A stretch of 64,000 nt of DNA, taken from an uncultured Candidatus Izemoplasmatales bacterium (GTDB lineage: Bacteria; Bacillota_I; Bacilli_A; Izemoplasmatales; Izemoplasmataceae). A program made the translations under genes and the position numbers. The notes beneath the pieces are model-generated. The model saw only the letters and a program-made list of their open reading frames with translations. It was not told where the DNA came from and made no database searches. Positions 16,907 through 27,221 of this stretch are shown here, piece after piece. The DNA lies in assembly GCA_964456195.1 (NCBI GenBank), contig CAYVZR010000001.1, positions 17,591 to 81,590 of the forward strand. The letters run 5' to 3'. Numbering within the stretch: position 1 is the stretch's first letter; each line of letters opens with the position of its first letter.

Positions 16907-18155
16907 CTACCATCGTATTACGCGCTATTACTGTTGAATCTTTAAGCAAACTGCTTGCTCTAAGAGCAGCACTTTTTCCATACTTGTATTTAATGTTGTC
17001 AATTGATGAATGAAGTTTATGATCTTTTATTACTTTATTCATATCTTTAAAGAGATTTAGTTGAACGAAGTACTCTTCTACTAAGTTAGTAACTCTGATA
17101 GTTACTTTTCTGATTGGGGAACCGTCATAAAACTCATCAAATAGAGTAATACAAGAATTATAAATCTCCGCTTCGTTATTAGTTGGGAAAGTTAATGTCA
17201 TTTGACGATTAAATCCACCTTTAATTTCTTTAGAATAAGATATTCCTAAATTTACTGTATAAGCTTTTTTATTGCCAACTCTAAGTCTTTTTGTTACTTC
17301 GTCTGTCATTTCTAAGATGATTTGTGTAACAGTATCACCGTAGTAATCATGAAATAGAGTTTGACCCATTCCATAACTTTTAGAAACTGGTTTATAAACT
17401 AGTTTCTCGTTTATTATAGACATATCAATACCATGAGCGTGGTGATATAGTTCTTCACCCATTACTCCATAAAACTTTTGAAGTTTCTTAAGTGGGTAAT
17501 GTGCTAAATCCCCAATTGATAAGATACCTAAACGATTTAGATTACGCTCCATATTCTGACCAATTCCCCACATTTTCGAAAGCGGAAAGATAGACCATAA
17601 CTTGGTTGGAACATCATCATATGTCCATTTAGCAATGAATGTAGGTGACTTTTTACTTTCAACATCAAGTGCTATTTTAGCTAGAAGCATATTCGGACCT
17701 ATCCCGCAAGTTGCGGGTATTTTTGTTGTCTTTAAAATATCTTTTATTATTACTTCAGCTATTTCATAATCAGTTTTTTTGTAAAAAGACAGGTAACTGG
17801 TCAAGTCCAGGAACACCTCGTCTACTGAGTAAATATGCATATCTTCATACGAAACATATTTAAGGTAAATTTCAATAATCCTTGTTGAAAACTCTAGATA
17901 CTTTTTCATTCTTGGTTTTGCATAGATAATTCTAGGATCATCAGGGAGTTCATATACGCGGCATCTACTTTTTACTCCACGTCTTTTAAGGTATGGTGTA
18001 ACAGCTAGTACAACACTACCGTTTGACCGAGATTTATCAGCCACAACAAGTGGAGTTGTGAATGGGTTTAAGCCCCTTAAAACACACTCAACAGAAGCAT
18101 AAAAACTTTTTAAATCGATACAAATTATGTTTTTATGAAGTCGATATTGTTCCAT
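16890..18155 (-). CDS. Y-family (UmuC/UvrX/PolY2-like) DNA polymerase
   Basis: 421 aa. Contains ICIDLKSFYASVECV, SVDEVFLDLT and WGIGQNMERNLNRLGI motifs. Confidence 0.85.
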   Translation of the reverse strand: MEQYRLHKNIICIDLKSFYASVECVLRGLNPFTTPLVVADKSRSNGSVVLAVTPYLKRRGVKSRCRVYELPDDPRIIYAKPRMKKYLEFSTRIIEIYLKYVSYEDMHIYSVDEVFLDLTSYLSFYKKTDYEIAEVIIKDILKTTKIPATCGIGPNMLLAKIALDVESKKSPTFIAKWTYDDVPTKLWSIFPLSKMWGIGQNMERNLNRLGILSIGDLAHYPLKKLQKFYGVMGEELYHHAHGIDMSIINEKLVYKPVSKSYGMGQTLFHDYYGDTVTQIILEMTDEVTKRLRVGNKKAYTVNLGISYSKEIKGGFNRQMTLTFPTNNEAEIYNSCITLFDEFYDGSPIRKVTIRVTNLVEEYFVQLNLFKDMNKVIKDHKLHSSIDNIKYKYGKSAALRASSLLKDSTVIARNTMVGGHNG

Positions 18156-18188
18156 TATGTTACACCCCCTATCTTAAATAGTAACTCT

Positions 18189-18217
18189 ATTATAGACTGG
18201 TTTACCTTTGTTTTCAA
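18189..18217 (-). promoter_or_regulatory. Sigma-A-type promoter of the polY-yolD operon (TTGAAA-17-TATAAT)
   Basis: -10 at 18189-18194 and -35 at 18212-18217 on the minus strand. Confidence 0.5.
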
Positions 18218-18237
18218 GATGGGGAAAGTACAATAAA

Positions 18238-18272
18238 AGCTCGAAACATAACTGCCTATTATGTTTCGAGCT
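18238..18272 (-). terminator. Terminator of the phospholipase-C-like gene
   Basis: A 14-bp stem, agctcgaaacataa/ttatgtttcgagct, with a 6-nt loop. Confidence 0.65.
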
Positions 18273-18312
18273 TATTAAAAAAAATATAAAAAAAAGCAAT
18301 TATTTTAATTGC

Positions 18313-19263
18313 TTATTTTCGGTAAATGTTGAAATATTTCATTGGTTCTGGCTGGTCACAATTTAATCCTGTATTATATGAAATATTTAAAAATATCTTG
18401 CTTAGGTCAACAGGCTTATCATCAAACAAATATTCTGATACTTCCCCTATTATATCGGATGCCATAATTACTGCTTGGTCATAGAGGTCTATTACTGAGT
18501 AGTTATACTCTTCATTTGTGACAGGATGATTCCAGGGTTTTTTTGCCAAATTATGAAAATCATATTTTTCAAGATGATTATAAAATGATATATCTTGATA
18601 AAACATATCAGTTTTTTTATTAAATAAATCAATAAATTTGAAAATCAGTTTTTTAATCCCATAAGGATCTTTCATAAAGCGTTTAAGGTTTTTATACATA
18701 GATACAGTACTTATTAAATACATTACACCACCATGTTCAACTCCATATGTTTCTTTTAATGCGTAATCCATTACATTCATTGTTGAAAGTGGAGAAAACT
18801 TGAGAGGATAATATTTTTTATGTAGTTTTATTTTAGAATGTTTAATACCAAGGTCCTTTTCAATTAATAAAGCATCAATTGAACGCTCAAACTTTAAATG
18901 AAGTCCACGATAACTATGAGTTTTAGAGTCATTTTCATCATATCTTCCGACATTATAATAAATATATGGGTGAATTTTAACATCAAGTGCGTAGTGACAT
19001 ATGAATCCAGTTAAAAAGGAGAATGTATCTTTGTTAAGGTTCTTTTTAACATATTCAACCATGTTTATAAAGAATTTATCGGTATCTTTTCGATGTATTT
19101 CATCAGCACATCTTCGGTATTCTTTTTGGTCTTTACCAAAGAAATTATAATACATAGGATCTGGACCTTGTGCGGCTAAAAAGACAATTTTTTTATCAAA
19201 GTCATAATCAATTTTACTTACTACTTCTTCTGCAAGTTTCGAATGCATATAGATGTCTGCCAT
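18313..19263 (-). CDS. Zinc-dependent phospholipase C-family (PLC-like) protein
   Basis: N-terminal H-containing start (ADIYMHSKLAEEV), with ...GPDPMYY, ...IHRKDTDKF and GFICHYALDVKIHPYI. This pattern of His/Asp ligands is as I recall it for the family. Assignment is tentative. Confidence 0.45.
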   Translation of the reverse strand: MADIYMHSKLAEEVVSKIDYDFDKKIVFLAAQGPDPMYYNFFGKDQKEYRRCADEIHRKDTDKFFINMVEYVKKNLNKDTFSFLTGFICHYALDVKIHPYIYYNVGRYDENDSKTHSYRGLHLKFERSIDALLIEKDLGIKHSKIKLHKKYYPLKFSPLSTMNVMDYALKETYGVEHGGVMYLISTVSMYKNLKRFMKDPYGIKKLIFKFIDLFNKKTDMFYQDISFYNHLEKYDFHNLAKKPWNHPVTNEEYNYSVIDLYDQAVIMASDIIGEVSEYLFDDKPVDLSKIFLNISYNTGLNCDQPEPMKYFNIYRK

Positions 19264-19272
19264 GGTCTTCCT

Positions 19273-20166
19273 CTATTCTATAGATTCTAAAAAAAGTTTG
19301 AAATATTCTGGTAATTCAGAATTAAATTCGATATACTCTTTTGTTTCCGGATGAATAAATCCTAGTGTTTTAGCATGTAAGAATTGTCCATTCTCTGTAT
19401 GCGTTTTTCTTCTACCATATTTTGGATCTCCAACAACAGGATATCCAATATAGTTTAGATGAACTCTAATTTGATGTGTTCTTCCTGTTTCTAATTCGCA
19501 TTCTATAAGCGTAAATTTTTCATATCTTGTTAGTACTTTGAAGTTAGTAACAGATGTTTTTCCTTTATCAACGACAGCCATTCTTTGTCTGTTTTTAGGA
19601 TCTCTACCAATAGGTGCGTTAATTTTCCCTAGGTTGTGAGGGATTACTCCTTCTACTAAAGCTATATATTTTCTAGATACTGTTTTATTTTTCATTTGAT
19701 CTGATAAATCCGCTAATGCTTTATCTGTTTTTGCAACAACAAGTAATCCACTAGTTTCCTTGTCAATGCGGTGTACTATTCCTGGTCTTACTTCACCTTT
19801 AATAGCTTTAAAGTCTTTGACATGAAATAATAATGCATTTACTAGTGTTCCTGTTTTATTCCCAGCACCAGGATGAACAACTAGTTGATAATCTTTATTC
19901 ACAACTAGAAGATGATCATCTTCATAAACAATATCGATATCGATATCTTCTGGCTCAAGTTCAAAATCTACTTCTTCCATTTCCTCAACGGTGATTTCGT
20001 CATTTGTTTTTGCTTTGTAATTTGCTTTAACGATTACACCATTTACTAAGATACTTCCGTCTTTTATCATAGCTTGTACTTTACTTCTTGAGTATTCTAG
20101 TACTTCACAAAGTATTTTGTCTATTCTTTCAAAGTTTTGATTTTCTTCAATTCTTATTTTTTCCAT
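19273..20166 (-). CDS. rluD: 23S rRNA pseudouridine synthase, RluD/RluA family with S4 domain
   Basis: HRIDKETSGLLVVAKT catalytic motif, with the ...TGRTHQIRVHL motif. Confidence 0.85.
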   Translation of the reverse strand: MEKIRIEENQNFERIDKILCEVLEYSRSKVQAMIKDGSILVNGVIVKANYKAKTNDEITVEEMEEVDFELEPEDIDIDIVYEDDHLLVVNKDYQLVVHPGAGNKTGTLVNALLFHVKDFKAIKGEVRPGIVHRIDKETSGLLVVAKTDKALADLSDQMKNKTVSRKYIALVEGVIPHNLGKINAPIGRDPKNRQRMAVVDKGKTSVTNFKVLTRYEKFTLIECELETGRTHQIRVHLNYIGYPVVGDPKYGRRKTHTENGQFLHAKTLGFIHPETKEYIEFNSELPEYFKLFLESIE

Positions 20167-20632
20167 GAATTACATCCTCCAACAATATGTCATATGCAAA
20201 GATAAACATTCCCACAACTAAACTAACGTCAGCAACATTAAAGATTGGGAAATCATATCCAAAAATATAAAAATCTAAGAAGTCGACAACTTCTTTGAAA
20301 AGTAATCGATCAATAAAATTACCAATTGCACCACCTATAAGTAAGATAATCGCTACTGAATAAAGTTTTTTAAGTTTAAAATCTACTTCTTTAATTAAGT
20401 AATAGAACAATACAAATGCAATCAAAGTGACAAGGTAAAATATCATCATTTGACCAGTTAAAATTCCCCAAGCTCCACCTGTATTACGGTGAGAGTTAAT
20501 ATAGAAGAAATCTTTGATTACTGTAATGGATTCTCCATAATCCATCGCTTTTACGATGTATTGTTTTGTTATTTGATCTAGAAGAACAATTAACGAAACA
20601 AATATTAGGATAATATAATGCTTTCTTTTCAT
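20147..20632 (-). CDS. lspA: Lipoprotein signal peptidase II
   Basis: 161 aa. Contains NTGGAWG, GGAIGNFIDR and FNVADVSLVVG. Confidence 0.85.
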   Translation of the reverse strand: MKRKHYIILIFVSLIVLLDQITKQYIVKAMDYGESITVIKDFFYINSHRNTGGAWGILTGQMMIFYLVTLIAFVLFYYLIKEVDFKLKKLYSVAIILLIGGAIGNFIDRLLFKEVVDFLDFYIFGYDFPIFNVADVSLVVGMFIFAYDILLEDVIHGKNKN

Positions 20633-20646
20633 AGTAAGACACCTCT

Positions 20647-21018
20647 TTAAAATATTATAAAATATACAATGGTGAAGATAATTGATAATGAAACAAATGA
20701 GATAATATTTAATAACGAATAAAGATAGTTATAATCTATTTCACTTGATCTATCTCCATAGTTCTTAAAAGTTATGATAATAATTTTATTAGTAAAGTAA
20801 GATAATACCACTAATAAAATGAATAATACAATTAAAAACTGTATTAAAAGATAAGCATATAGTAGCACAATATTAACCATAAGTGTAACTAAAAGTATTG
20901 CAGGAAACAAAAAGAATAGAAAACCTGTGATTAAACAGGTGAATATTACACTATTTAAGTAGAAAATTCTTAAATCTAAAAGATGGTGGTATAATTTTTT
21001 ATTCATTAGAGTCACCAC
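20647..21018 (-). CDS. Hypothetical membrane protein
   Basis: 123-aa hydrophobic ORF that overlaps the upstream gene end by 20 nt, suggesting coupling. No recognisable motif. Confidence 0.4.
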   Translation of the reverse strand: MVTLMNKKLYHHLLDLRIFYLNSVIFTCLITGFLFFLFPAILLVTLMVNIVLLYAYLLIQFLIVLFILLVVLSYFTNKIIIITFKNYGDRSSEIDYNYLYSLLNIISFVSLSIIFTIVYFIIF

Positions 21019-22021
21019 TTTCTAATGCTAGTAAATAGTCAATTACTTCTTGGAAACTAGAAACTCCTACGAGCACCATATCAGTATCTAAAGTATTATA
21101 CGTTTTTAATGCTTCTACATAGTTATCTGATTCATCATCAGATAGATGTGGTGCGAAGAATATATCAATATTATTGATGTCAGCCGTGATAATTTTTTGT
21201 TTAATTCCACCAATTGCTCCAACACTTCCGTCGATACTCATGGTACCTGTTCCGGCAATCTTCAGTCCAAGTCCTAGGTTTAATTCAGTCAATTGATTAT
21301 AGATATATACTGACTGCATTAGACCACCACTTGGCCCTCCGGTATTAGTATCTACCAAAGTATAATCTACAACAGTACTATTGATTTCAGATATATAATC
21401 GAAATAAACACCCGGATTACATGATCCACTATCTCTCATAGTAGTATCTGCATAAACAGTCATTTCTTCGTCATTTCTTAGAATCTTAAATTCAACTGTT
21501 TCATTACAAGATACATCATTATAAGAATCAATAAGGTCAGTTCTACCATTAATTTCAAGTATTTTATCACCAAGTTCTAAGGAATCAGGAGTTAAATAAC
21601 TCCAAACTAAATAGACTGATAAATATGAATCATAATCTATCTCATAACCTGAATTAACAATTCCAATAATCAAACTTGTAGCAAGAGAATCGTCTTTCAT
21701 CAAGTAACTCATTGTATCTAAATCATCTAGGTCAACATTTTGATAATAATCGGGAAATTCATATACAGTAACTTTATCTTCAAGCGTTCCAACAATGAAT
21801 TGTAAAAGAGTCGCCTTATCAACACTTAAAACACTTGTAGTATGAAAAGATCCACTTGGATTGTATTCCTCATTTACAACAATAAATTCACTTATATCAT
21901 CATTAAATCCTGGTGAAATGAAGGAATATTCAATTCTAAAAAGACTTAAAAACATCAAAGGAATAAAAAGACTTGAAAATACAATGATTAAGATTTTGTA
22001 TCTTAATAATGTGCGTTTCAT
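20999..22021 (-). CDS. YlbL/SdrC-like membrane-anchored PDZ + Lon-type (S16) serine protease
   Basis: N-terminal TM helix, a PDZ-like region (LELGDKILEINGRT) and a Lon protease C-terminal domain (GPSGGLMQSVYIYN...IAGTGTMSIDGSVGAIGGIKQK). Confidence 0.65.
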   Translation of the reverse strand: MKRTLLRYKILIIVFSSLFIPLMFLSLFRIEYSFISPGFNDDISEFIVVNEEYNPSGSFHTTSVLSVDKATLLQFIVGTLEDKVTVYEFPDYYQNVDLDDLDTMSYLMKDDSLATSLIIGIVNSGYEIDYDSYLSVYLVWSYLTPDSLELGDKILEINGRTDLIDSYNDVSCNETVEFKILRNDEEMTVYADTTMRDSGSCNPGVYFDYISEINSTVVDYTLVDTNTGGPSGGLMQSVYIYNQLTELNLGLGLKIAGTGTMSIDGSVGAIGGIKQKIITADINNIDIFFAPHLSDDESDNYVEALKTYNTLDTDMVLVGVSSFQEVIDYLLALESGDSNE

Positions 22022-22503
22022 TTCTTTAATACAACTTCAAGTTTTGCAAGTTGTCGATACATTATTTTTGCACTGTTGAACATCCTTTTAGATGCTTTAT
22101 TGGAATCTTGTTCACTGTATTTGTCTTCTAAATACACAAGTTCTTTTATTCCGCTTTGAATTACTAACTTTGCACATTCATTACAAGGAAACAAAGTAAC
22201 ATACAATGTTGCATTATCTAAACTAACTGTTGAATTTAAGATAGCATTAACTTCTGCATGTACAACATATGGATATTTAGTATCTAGCCATTCGCCATCA
22301 TTAGACCATGGAAAAGAATCATCTTCTACTCCATAAGGAAATCCATTGTATCCAATACCAACAATTCGTTTTTTATCATTTACAATGCAAGCTCCAACTT
22401 GAGTTCCTGGATCTTTAGATCTTTTCCCAGATAATATTGCAACTCCCATAAAATATTCATCCCATGAGATATAATCAGTTCTTTTCATTTCAATCTCCTC
22501 CAA
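22018..22503 (-). CDS. comEB: dCMP deaminase (ComEB-type)
   Basis: Zinc-binding motifs HAEVNAI and PCNECAK. Confidence 0.85.
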   Translation of the reverse strand: MEEIEMKRTDYISWDEYFMGVAILSGKRSKDPGTQVGACIVNDKKRIVGIGYNGFPYGVEDDSFPWSNDGEWLDTKYPYVVHAEVNAILNSTVSLDNATLYVTLFPCNECAKLVIQSGIKELVYLEDKYSEQDSNKASKRMFNSAKIMYRQLAKLEVVLKK

Positions 22504-22537
22504 TATAAGGTTTAAAGTAATTTACAATTCTTGAATC

Positions 22538-23455
22538 CTAAGATAGTTTATTAAATTTGACACTAATTTGACTTGCTAATTTACAGTTACTGTAAACTAA
22601 TTGAATATTAGAAGCCAGAGAATTACCTTTTGTAATCTCGGCTATTTTAGCTAATAGATAAGGTGTTGTTTCTTTTCCTTTTATTCCTAACTTATCCATT
22701 TCTTTAATTGCTAAAGCAATTGCTTCATCAATAATAGTTTTATCCATTGAGTATTCTTTGCTTATTGGGTTTGTTACTAACATACCACCGTTTAATTCTA
22801 GATTTAATTGAGTCTTCCAAACTTTTGCAATTTCTTCAGGACTATCAATTCTAAAGTTAACTTTAAAATCTGATTCTCTTGAATAGAATGCTGGAAGCAT
22901 GTTTGTTTGATAACCAATAACAGGGACACCTTTTGTTTCCAAGTATTCCATTGTAAGACCTAAATCTAAGATTGCTTTCGCTCCTGCGCAGACAACTAAA
23001 ACAGTTGTTTGTGCAAGTTCTTCAAGATCTGCAGAAATATCGAATGTCTTTTCTGCACCTTTATGAACTCCACCAATTCCACCAGTTGCAAGTATTCGTA
23101 CATTTGCAAGTGAGGCAATATACATAGTGGCAGATACTGTTGTTGCACCATCTATCTTGTTTGCTACATTGTATGCAATATCACGTCGTGATGTTTTTAC
23201 AATTTTATGTCCTTGTTTACCTAAAAAGTCGATTTCTTCATGAGATAATCCAACTTTTAATTTTCCATTTAAGATAGCAATAGTGGCTGGGATACTTCCG
23301 TTGTCCCTAACAATCTTTTCACATTCTAGAGCTGTCTTAACGTTTTCTGGGTAAGGCATTCCATGGGAAATAATTGTTGATTCAAGTGCAACTATCGGTA
23401 GATTTTCATTCATAGCTTTTGTTACTTCTGTACTAAATTCTAGATATTTATTCAT
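22538..23455 (-). CDS. psuG: Pseudouridine-5'-phosphate glycosidase
   Basis: 305 aa. ALESTIISHGMPYPEN and ...GGIGGVHKG... are typical of the IndA/PsuG family. Confidence 0.85.
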   Translation of the reverse strand: MNKYLEFSTEVTKAMNENLPIVALESTIISHGMPYPENVKTALECEKIVRDNGSIPATIAILNGKLKVGLSHEEIDFLGKQGHKIVKTSRRDIAYNVANKIDGATTVSATMYIASLANVRILATGGIGGVHKGAEKTFDISADLEELAQTTVLVVCAGAKAILDLGLTMEYLETKGVPVIGYQTNMLPAFYSRESDFKVNFRIDSPEEIAKVWKTQLNLELNGGMLVTNPISKEYSMDKTIIDEAIALAIKEMDKLGIKGKETTPYLLAKIAEITKGNSLASNIQLVYSNCKLASQISVKFNKLS

Positions 23456-24347
23456 CTATTTCATCCACCTTTTCTATTGATAGTAATTCATTTGTCGAGT
23501 TGTTCGATAATAGTGTTATATATGCTGTTTTCTTAGCATATAACAATTTTTCATGATTGTTTAATGAATGAATCATTCCATGAACAAAACCACTTAGAAA
23601 TGCATCTCCTGCTCCTGAAGCATTGACTATTTTATTTGCGCCAAGAGGATTTGTGACTATTATATTATCAATTGTTGCGTAAACAATATCGTTTCCTTGA
23701 TTAGTAATTAATAGGTTAGTTGACCCTCGCGATTGTAAATGCTTAATTTGCGCTGTTACTGTTGGTCTTTTAGATATTTTATTTAATTCAAGTTGATTAA
23801 CTTTTAATAAATCAATTTTTGAAAGATGATCTTTTATTTTAGTTACTTTTTTAGTGCTTACCCCATCCATAACAATTGTTTTATGAGAGTAATTATTTAA
23901 TAAATATATAATAGATTCTTGAGTTAGGTTATTATCAATTATAATGATATCAAATGAGTCAATATATTTATGTTTTGTTTCAAAGAATTGGGGCGATAAG
24001 GCTGTTAAAATACCCATATCGTTTAGTCCAAGGAACAGGTCATTATCTTTATCCATTACTCCAAGATATACACTGTTTGAGGCGTCTTTTAAGAATAAAC
24101 TTTCAGAGATATCAACACCCATTTCTTGTAAACTGTTTTTAGCTGTCAATGAAAAGTGATCATCTCCAAAAACAGTTAGGAATGAACAATCATTTCCTAA
24201 TCTCTTTATATTTTCTGTGATATTTCTAGCAACTCCACCAAAAGCAATATGTACTTTAGCCAAGTTAGAATCATGTAATATATAATTCTCTGAGCTTTTT
24301 ACATAAATATCAATATTTTGAGCTCCAATTATAAGTGCTTTTTTCAT
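23448..24347 (-). CDS. psuK: PfkB-family carbohydrate kinase, probable pseudouridine kinase
   Basis: PfkB signature NASGAGDAFLSGF. The gene overlaps and precedes psuG. Confidence 0.65.
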   Translation of the reverse strand: MKKALIIGAQNIDIYVKSSENYILHDSNLAKVHIAFGGVARNITENIKRLGNDCSFLTVFGDDHFSLTAKNSLQEMGVDISESLFLKDASNSVYLGVMDKDNDLFLGLNDMGILTALSPQFFETKHKYIDSFDIIIIDNNLTQESIIYLLNNYSHKTIVMDGVSTKKVTKIKDHLSKIDLLKVNQLELNKISKRPTVTAQIKHLQSRGSTNLLITNQGNDIVYATIDNIIVTNPLGANKIVNASGAGDAFLSGFVHGMIHSLNNHEKLLYAKKTAYITLLSNNSTNELLSIEKVDEIDE

Positions 24348-24357
24348 AATAAACTAC

Positions 24358-24843
24358 CTACTTTATCTTTTTATGACTTCCTAAATCAATGTGGCAATAG
24401 CCATGTTGATTCTTTCCTAAATAATCTTGATGAACTTCTTCTGCTTTGTAAAAGACAAGATTAGTAGCTAATTCAATAGCTATTTCTTTATCAAATTCCT
24501 TTTGTCTTATTGCTAAATAACTCTTAATAAAAGGAATTTGTTCTGGAGTATAGTTGTATATACCGGTTCTGTATTGTATTCCTTTATCATTACCTTGTTT
24601 ATTTAAAGAGGTTGGATCAATAATATTAAAGAAATGATCTAGTAATTTCTTCAGAGAAATTACTTCATCGTCGTATTTTATTAGTACAGCTTCTGCGTGC
24701 CCACTAAAATTACATACTTGTTCGTATGTAGGTTGTCCTTCTCCGTTAATGTAACCAGACTCGGTATCATCAACTCCATTAAGTTGCTTAAAATATGCTT
24801 CAACTCCCCAAAAACATCCTCCTGCAAATATAATTGTCTTCAT
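24358..24843 (-). CDS. msrA: Peptide methionine (S)-S-oxide reductase
   Basis: Active site GGCFWGVE. Confidence 0.9.
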   Translation of the reverse strand: MKTIIFAGGCFWGVEAYFKQLNGVDDTESGYINGEGQPTYEQVCNFSGHAEAVLIKYDDEVISLKKLLDHFFNIIDPTSLNKQGNDKGIQYRTGIYNYTPEQIPFIKSYLAIRQKEFDKEIAIELATNLVFYKAEEVHQDYLGKNQHGYCHIDLGSHKKIK

Positions 24844-24881
24844 TGTATTTACCTCCGATAATTTTTTTTAACTTTAAGTAA

Positions 24882-25571
24882 CTATTCAATGATTTTATTT
24901 ATTATATAACTAGCCGCAATTAATCCCGCTGTAGCTGGAACAAATGAGTTTGATGCTGGATATTTACTTTCATAATCCTCTTTATAAGGTTCTTCTTTTG
25001 AATAAATAACTGGAACTTTTCCGCGTATTTGTTCTTCTCTTAATTTCTTTCTAATTACCTTAGCTATTGGATCATAACTAGTTTTGTTTAGCTCTGAAAT
25101 TTCAAGTAATTCAGGATGTAATTTATTTCCCATTCCCATCGATGAGATGAAAGTAATATTTCTATTTAAACACTCTTTTATTATGTCAATTTTAAAGGTA
25201 ATTGTATCTATAGCATCAATTACACAATCTATCTTATGATTGAATATCTCTTCTTTTGTGGCGGAATTATAGAATTCGTGATAAGTTACTATTTCAATAT
25301 CTTTGTTTATATCAAGTAATCTGTTCTTCATTGCTGTTGTCTTTGGAAGACCAACTGTTGATTCAAGAGCAATCACTTGACGATTAATATTAGTTTCATC
25401 AACAGAACCTTTATCCACAATTATTAGTTTTCCAACACCACTTCTCGCAAGTGCTTCAACAGCATGTCCACCTACTCCACCAAGTCCTATAACAAGTACA
25501 GTAGATTCTTTTATTAGATTAAATTTCTCTTCTCCAATAAGTTGAATTGTTCTTTTAAATTTCATAGGCAT
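24882..25571 (-). CDS. tcdA: tRNA threonylcarbamoyladenosine dehydratase (ThiF/TcdA family)
   Basis: Rossmann motif GLGGVGGHAVEALARSGVGKLIIVD. 229 aa. Confidence 0.7.
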   Translation of the reverse strand: MPMKFKRTIQLIGEEKFNLIKESTVLVIGLGGVGGHAVEALARSGVGKLIIVDKGSVDETNINRQVIALESTVGLPKTTAMKNRLLDINKDIEIVTYHEFYNSATKEEIFNHKIDCVIDAIDTITFKIDIIKECLNRNITFISSMGMGNKLHPELLEISELNKTSYDPIAKVIRKKLREEQIRGKVPVIYSKEEPYKEDYESKYPASNSFVPATAGLIAASYIINKIIE

Positions 25572-25602
25572 CTCCTGACAAAAATGACTACCTAGGTAGC
25601 CA

Positions 25603-26031
25603 TTATCTTCTTAATAAATTCATGCTGAAATATTTTTCACCTACGATGAATAATATTAAATATGTGAATAAAAACAGTGGAATAATAACATGAGGTATAT
25701 AGAATAACGGACCTCCAAGATATATAAACAAGACAGATATTCCTAAGATTCCAAAAGCAGCTATAATAATTAGAGACAGGAATTCTCTTTGATATGATGC
25801 TTTTAATTTTCTTTCAAATCGATCTCTCGTTAAAAAGATATAAAGCGTACCTAAAGCAAAGATAACTGCAGTAATAATTGTTGCGATTAAGATAATATTA
25901 GTTACACTAGTAACAGTTTGTAAGTCAAGTATATAAGCTATAACTAACAAGATAGGAACTAACATAACACTAAACGAATAAAATACTATTAGGTTTATTT
26001 GGAATAGATTGTAAACTTTTTTTCTTTTCAT
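25603..26031 (-). CDS. Hypothetical membrane protein (four TM helices)
   Basis: Hydrophobic 142-aa ORF whose start abuts the stop of the upstream AI-2E gene. Confidence 0.4.
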   Translation of the reverse strand: MKRKKVYNLFQINLIVFYSFSVMLVPILLVIAYILDLQTVTSVTNIILIATIITAVIFALGTLYIFLTRDRFERKLKASYQREFLSLIIIAAFGILGISVLFIYLGGPLFYIPHVIIPLFLFTYLILFIVGEKYFSMNLLRR

Positions 26032-27164
26032 CAGACACTAACTGGAGGAGCATTAATTTCTTTTGCTCGTATACTTTCTTTCTTTTCATTATAAAACGCG
26101 AAAAGAACTCTAATTGTGGCCGCAATTGGTGCTGCGAACACTACTCCAAGTGTTCCAAATAAACTACCAAAGAATAAGATAGAAACGATAATTAACAATG
26201 GGTGAATTTGTAACTGTTTACCCATTATAACTGGTTGGAAGATATTCCCTTCTATTGTTTGTAATACTAAGTTAACCATTACAACAATAACAGGGTTTGG
26301 TCCAGTGTCTTTAGTGATAATTGCATAAGCAACTACTGGAACCATAGCGATTATTGCTCCAAAATATGGAATTATGTTGGTAATACCAACAATAATACCA
26401 AAGACGAAGAAATATTTTAATCCAATTAATTTATAGACAATTGTAGCTACAGCACCAATGGCAATCATTAGGATTAGTTGACCACGTACATAAGCTCCAA
26501 CTGTGCGATTTAAACGATGTCCTAATTCAGAAGCATCTTTTTCATATTTGATAGGGATGATTGAACGAATTGAATCATTTACTAATTCGTAATCAAGTAA
26601 ATAATAGAACAAGAATACTGGTAAAATCAATAAAACAATACCAAGACGCATTAGTGTACTTGATAGTGATCTCGTTATTGAGTCAATTATTGAACTGATT
26701 CCATCTTCAATAATAGTAGATTCGCTTATTGTCTCAGCTATCCAGTCATATAGATCTACACCAAATGGGAAATCTATTCTAAAATCATTTTGAAAATATG
26801 CAGTAATTTTTGGAACGTCACTGTCGAAGAAATCAACTATTTGACTACCAATAAATGGAGCTAGATACATAACTGCTACAACAAGGATAATAACTGTACC
26901 AAAATATACTATTGTTGCACTTAAACCTCTTGGACCTACTCCTCGTTTTTCAAGTAATCTTATCATTGGATAGATGATTAATGAGATTAACCATGCTAAA
27001 ACAACAGGAACGAGTACGGCTTTAACTGCATTAATAATTTTTGTCCATAAATCACTAAATTGACTCGCCATAAAAAGCACTGCAAGAAATAATAATACTA
27101 TTCCAAGTATTTTTAGAGTCTTGTTAAGCACGGCTTCGCTGAATATTTTATTTTTCTTGTCCAT
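26031..27164 (-). CDS. AI-2E family transporter (second paralogue in the window)
   Basis: 377 aa. NIIPYFGAIIAMVP...QPVIMGKQLQIHPLLIIVSILFFGSLFG parallels the ORF at 5067-6179. Confidence 0.8.
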   Translation of the reverse strand: MDKKNKIFSEAVLNKTLKILGIVLLFLAVLFMASQFSDLWTKIINAVKAVLVPVVLAWLISLIIYPMIRLLEKRGVGPRGLSATIVYFGTVIILVVAVMYLAPFIGSQIVDFFDSDVPKITAYFQNDFRIDFPFGVDLYDWIAETISESTIIEDGISSIIDSITRSLSSTLMRLGIVLLILPVFLFYYLLDYELVNDSIRSIIPIKYEKDASELGHRLNRTVGAYVRGQLILMIAIGAVATIVYKLIGLKYFFVFGIIVGITNIIPYFGAIIAMVPVVAYAIITKDTGPNPVIVVMVNLVLQTIEGNIFQPVIMGKQLQIHPLLIIVSILFFGSLFGTLGVVFAAPIAATIRVLFAFYNEKKESIRAKEINAPPVSV

Positions 27165-27221
27165 AAAATCATCACATCCTTCAATCCATTTAATTATATC
27201 ATAATATCATTATAATAAAAA

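Noticed and set aside
18238-18272. CGAAACATAA...TTATGTTTCG looked like a LexA/Cheo-type operator upstream of the Y-family polymerase
   Set aside because: It is a 14-bp-stem hairpin right after the stop codon of the upstream gene (18313), so it is a terminator. Its arm spacing does not fit GAAC-N4-GTTC.
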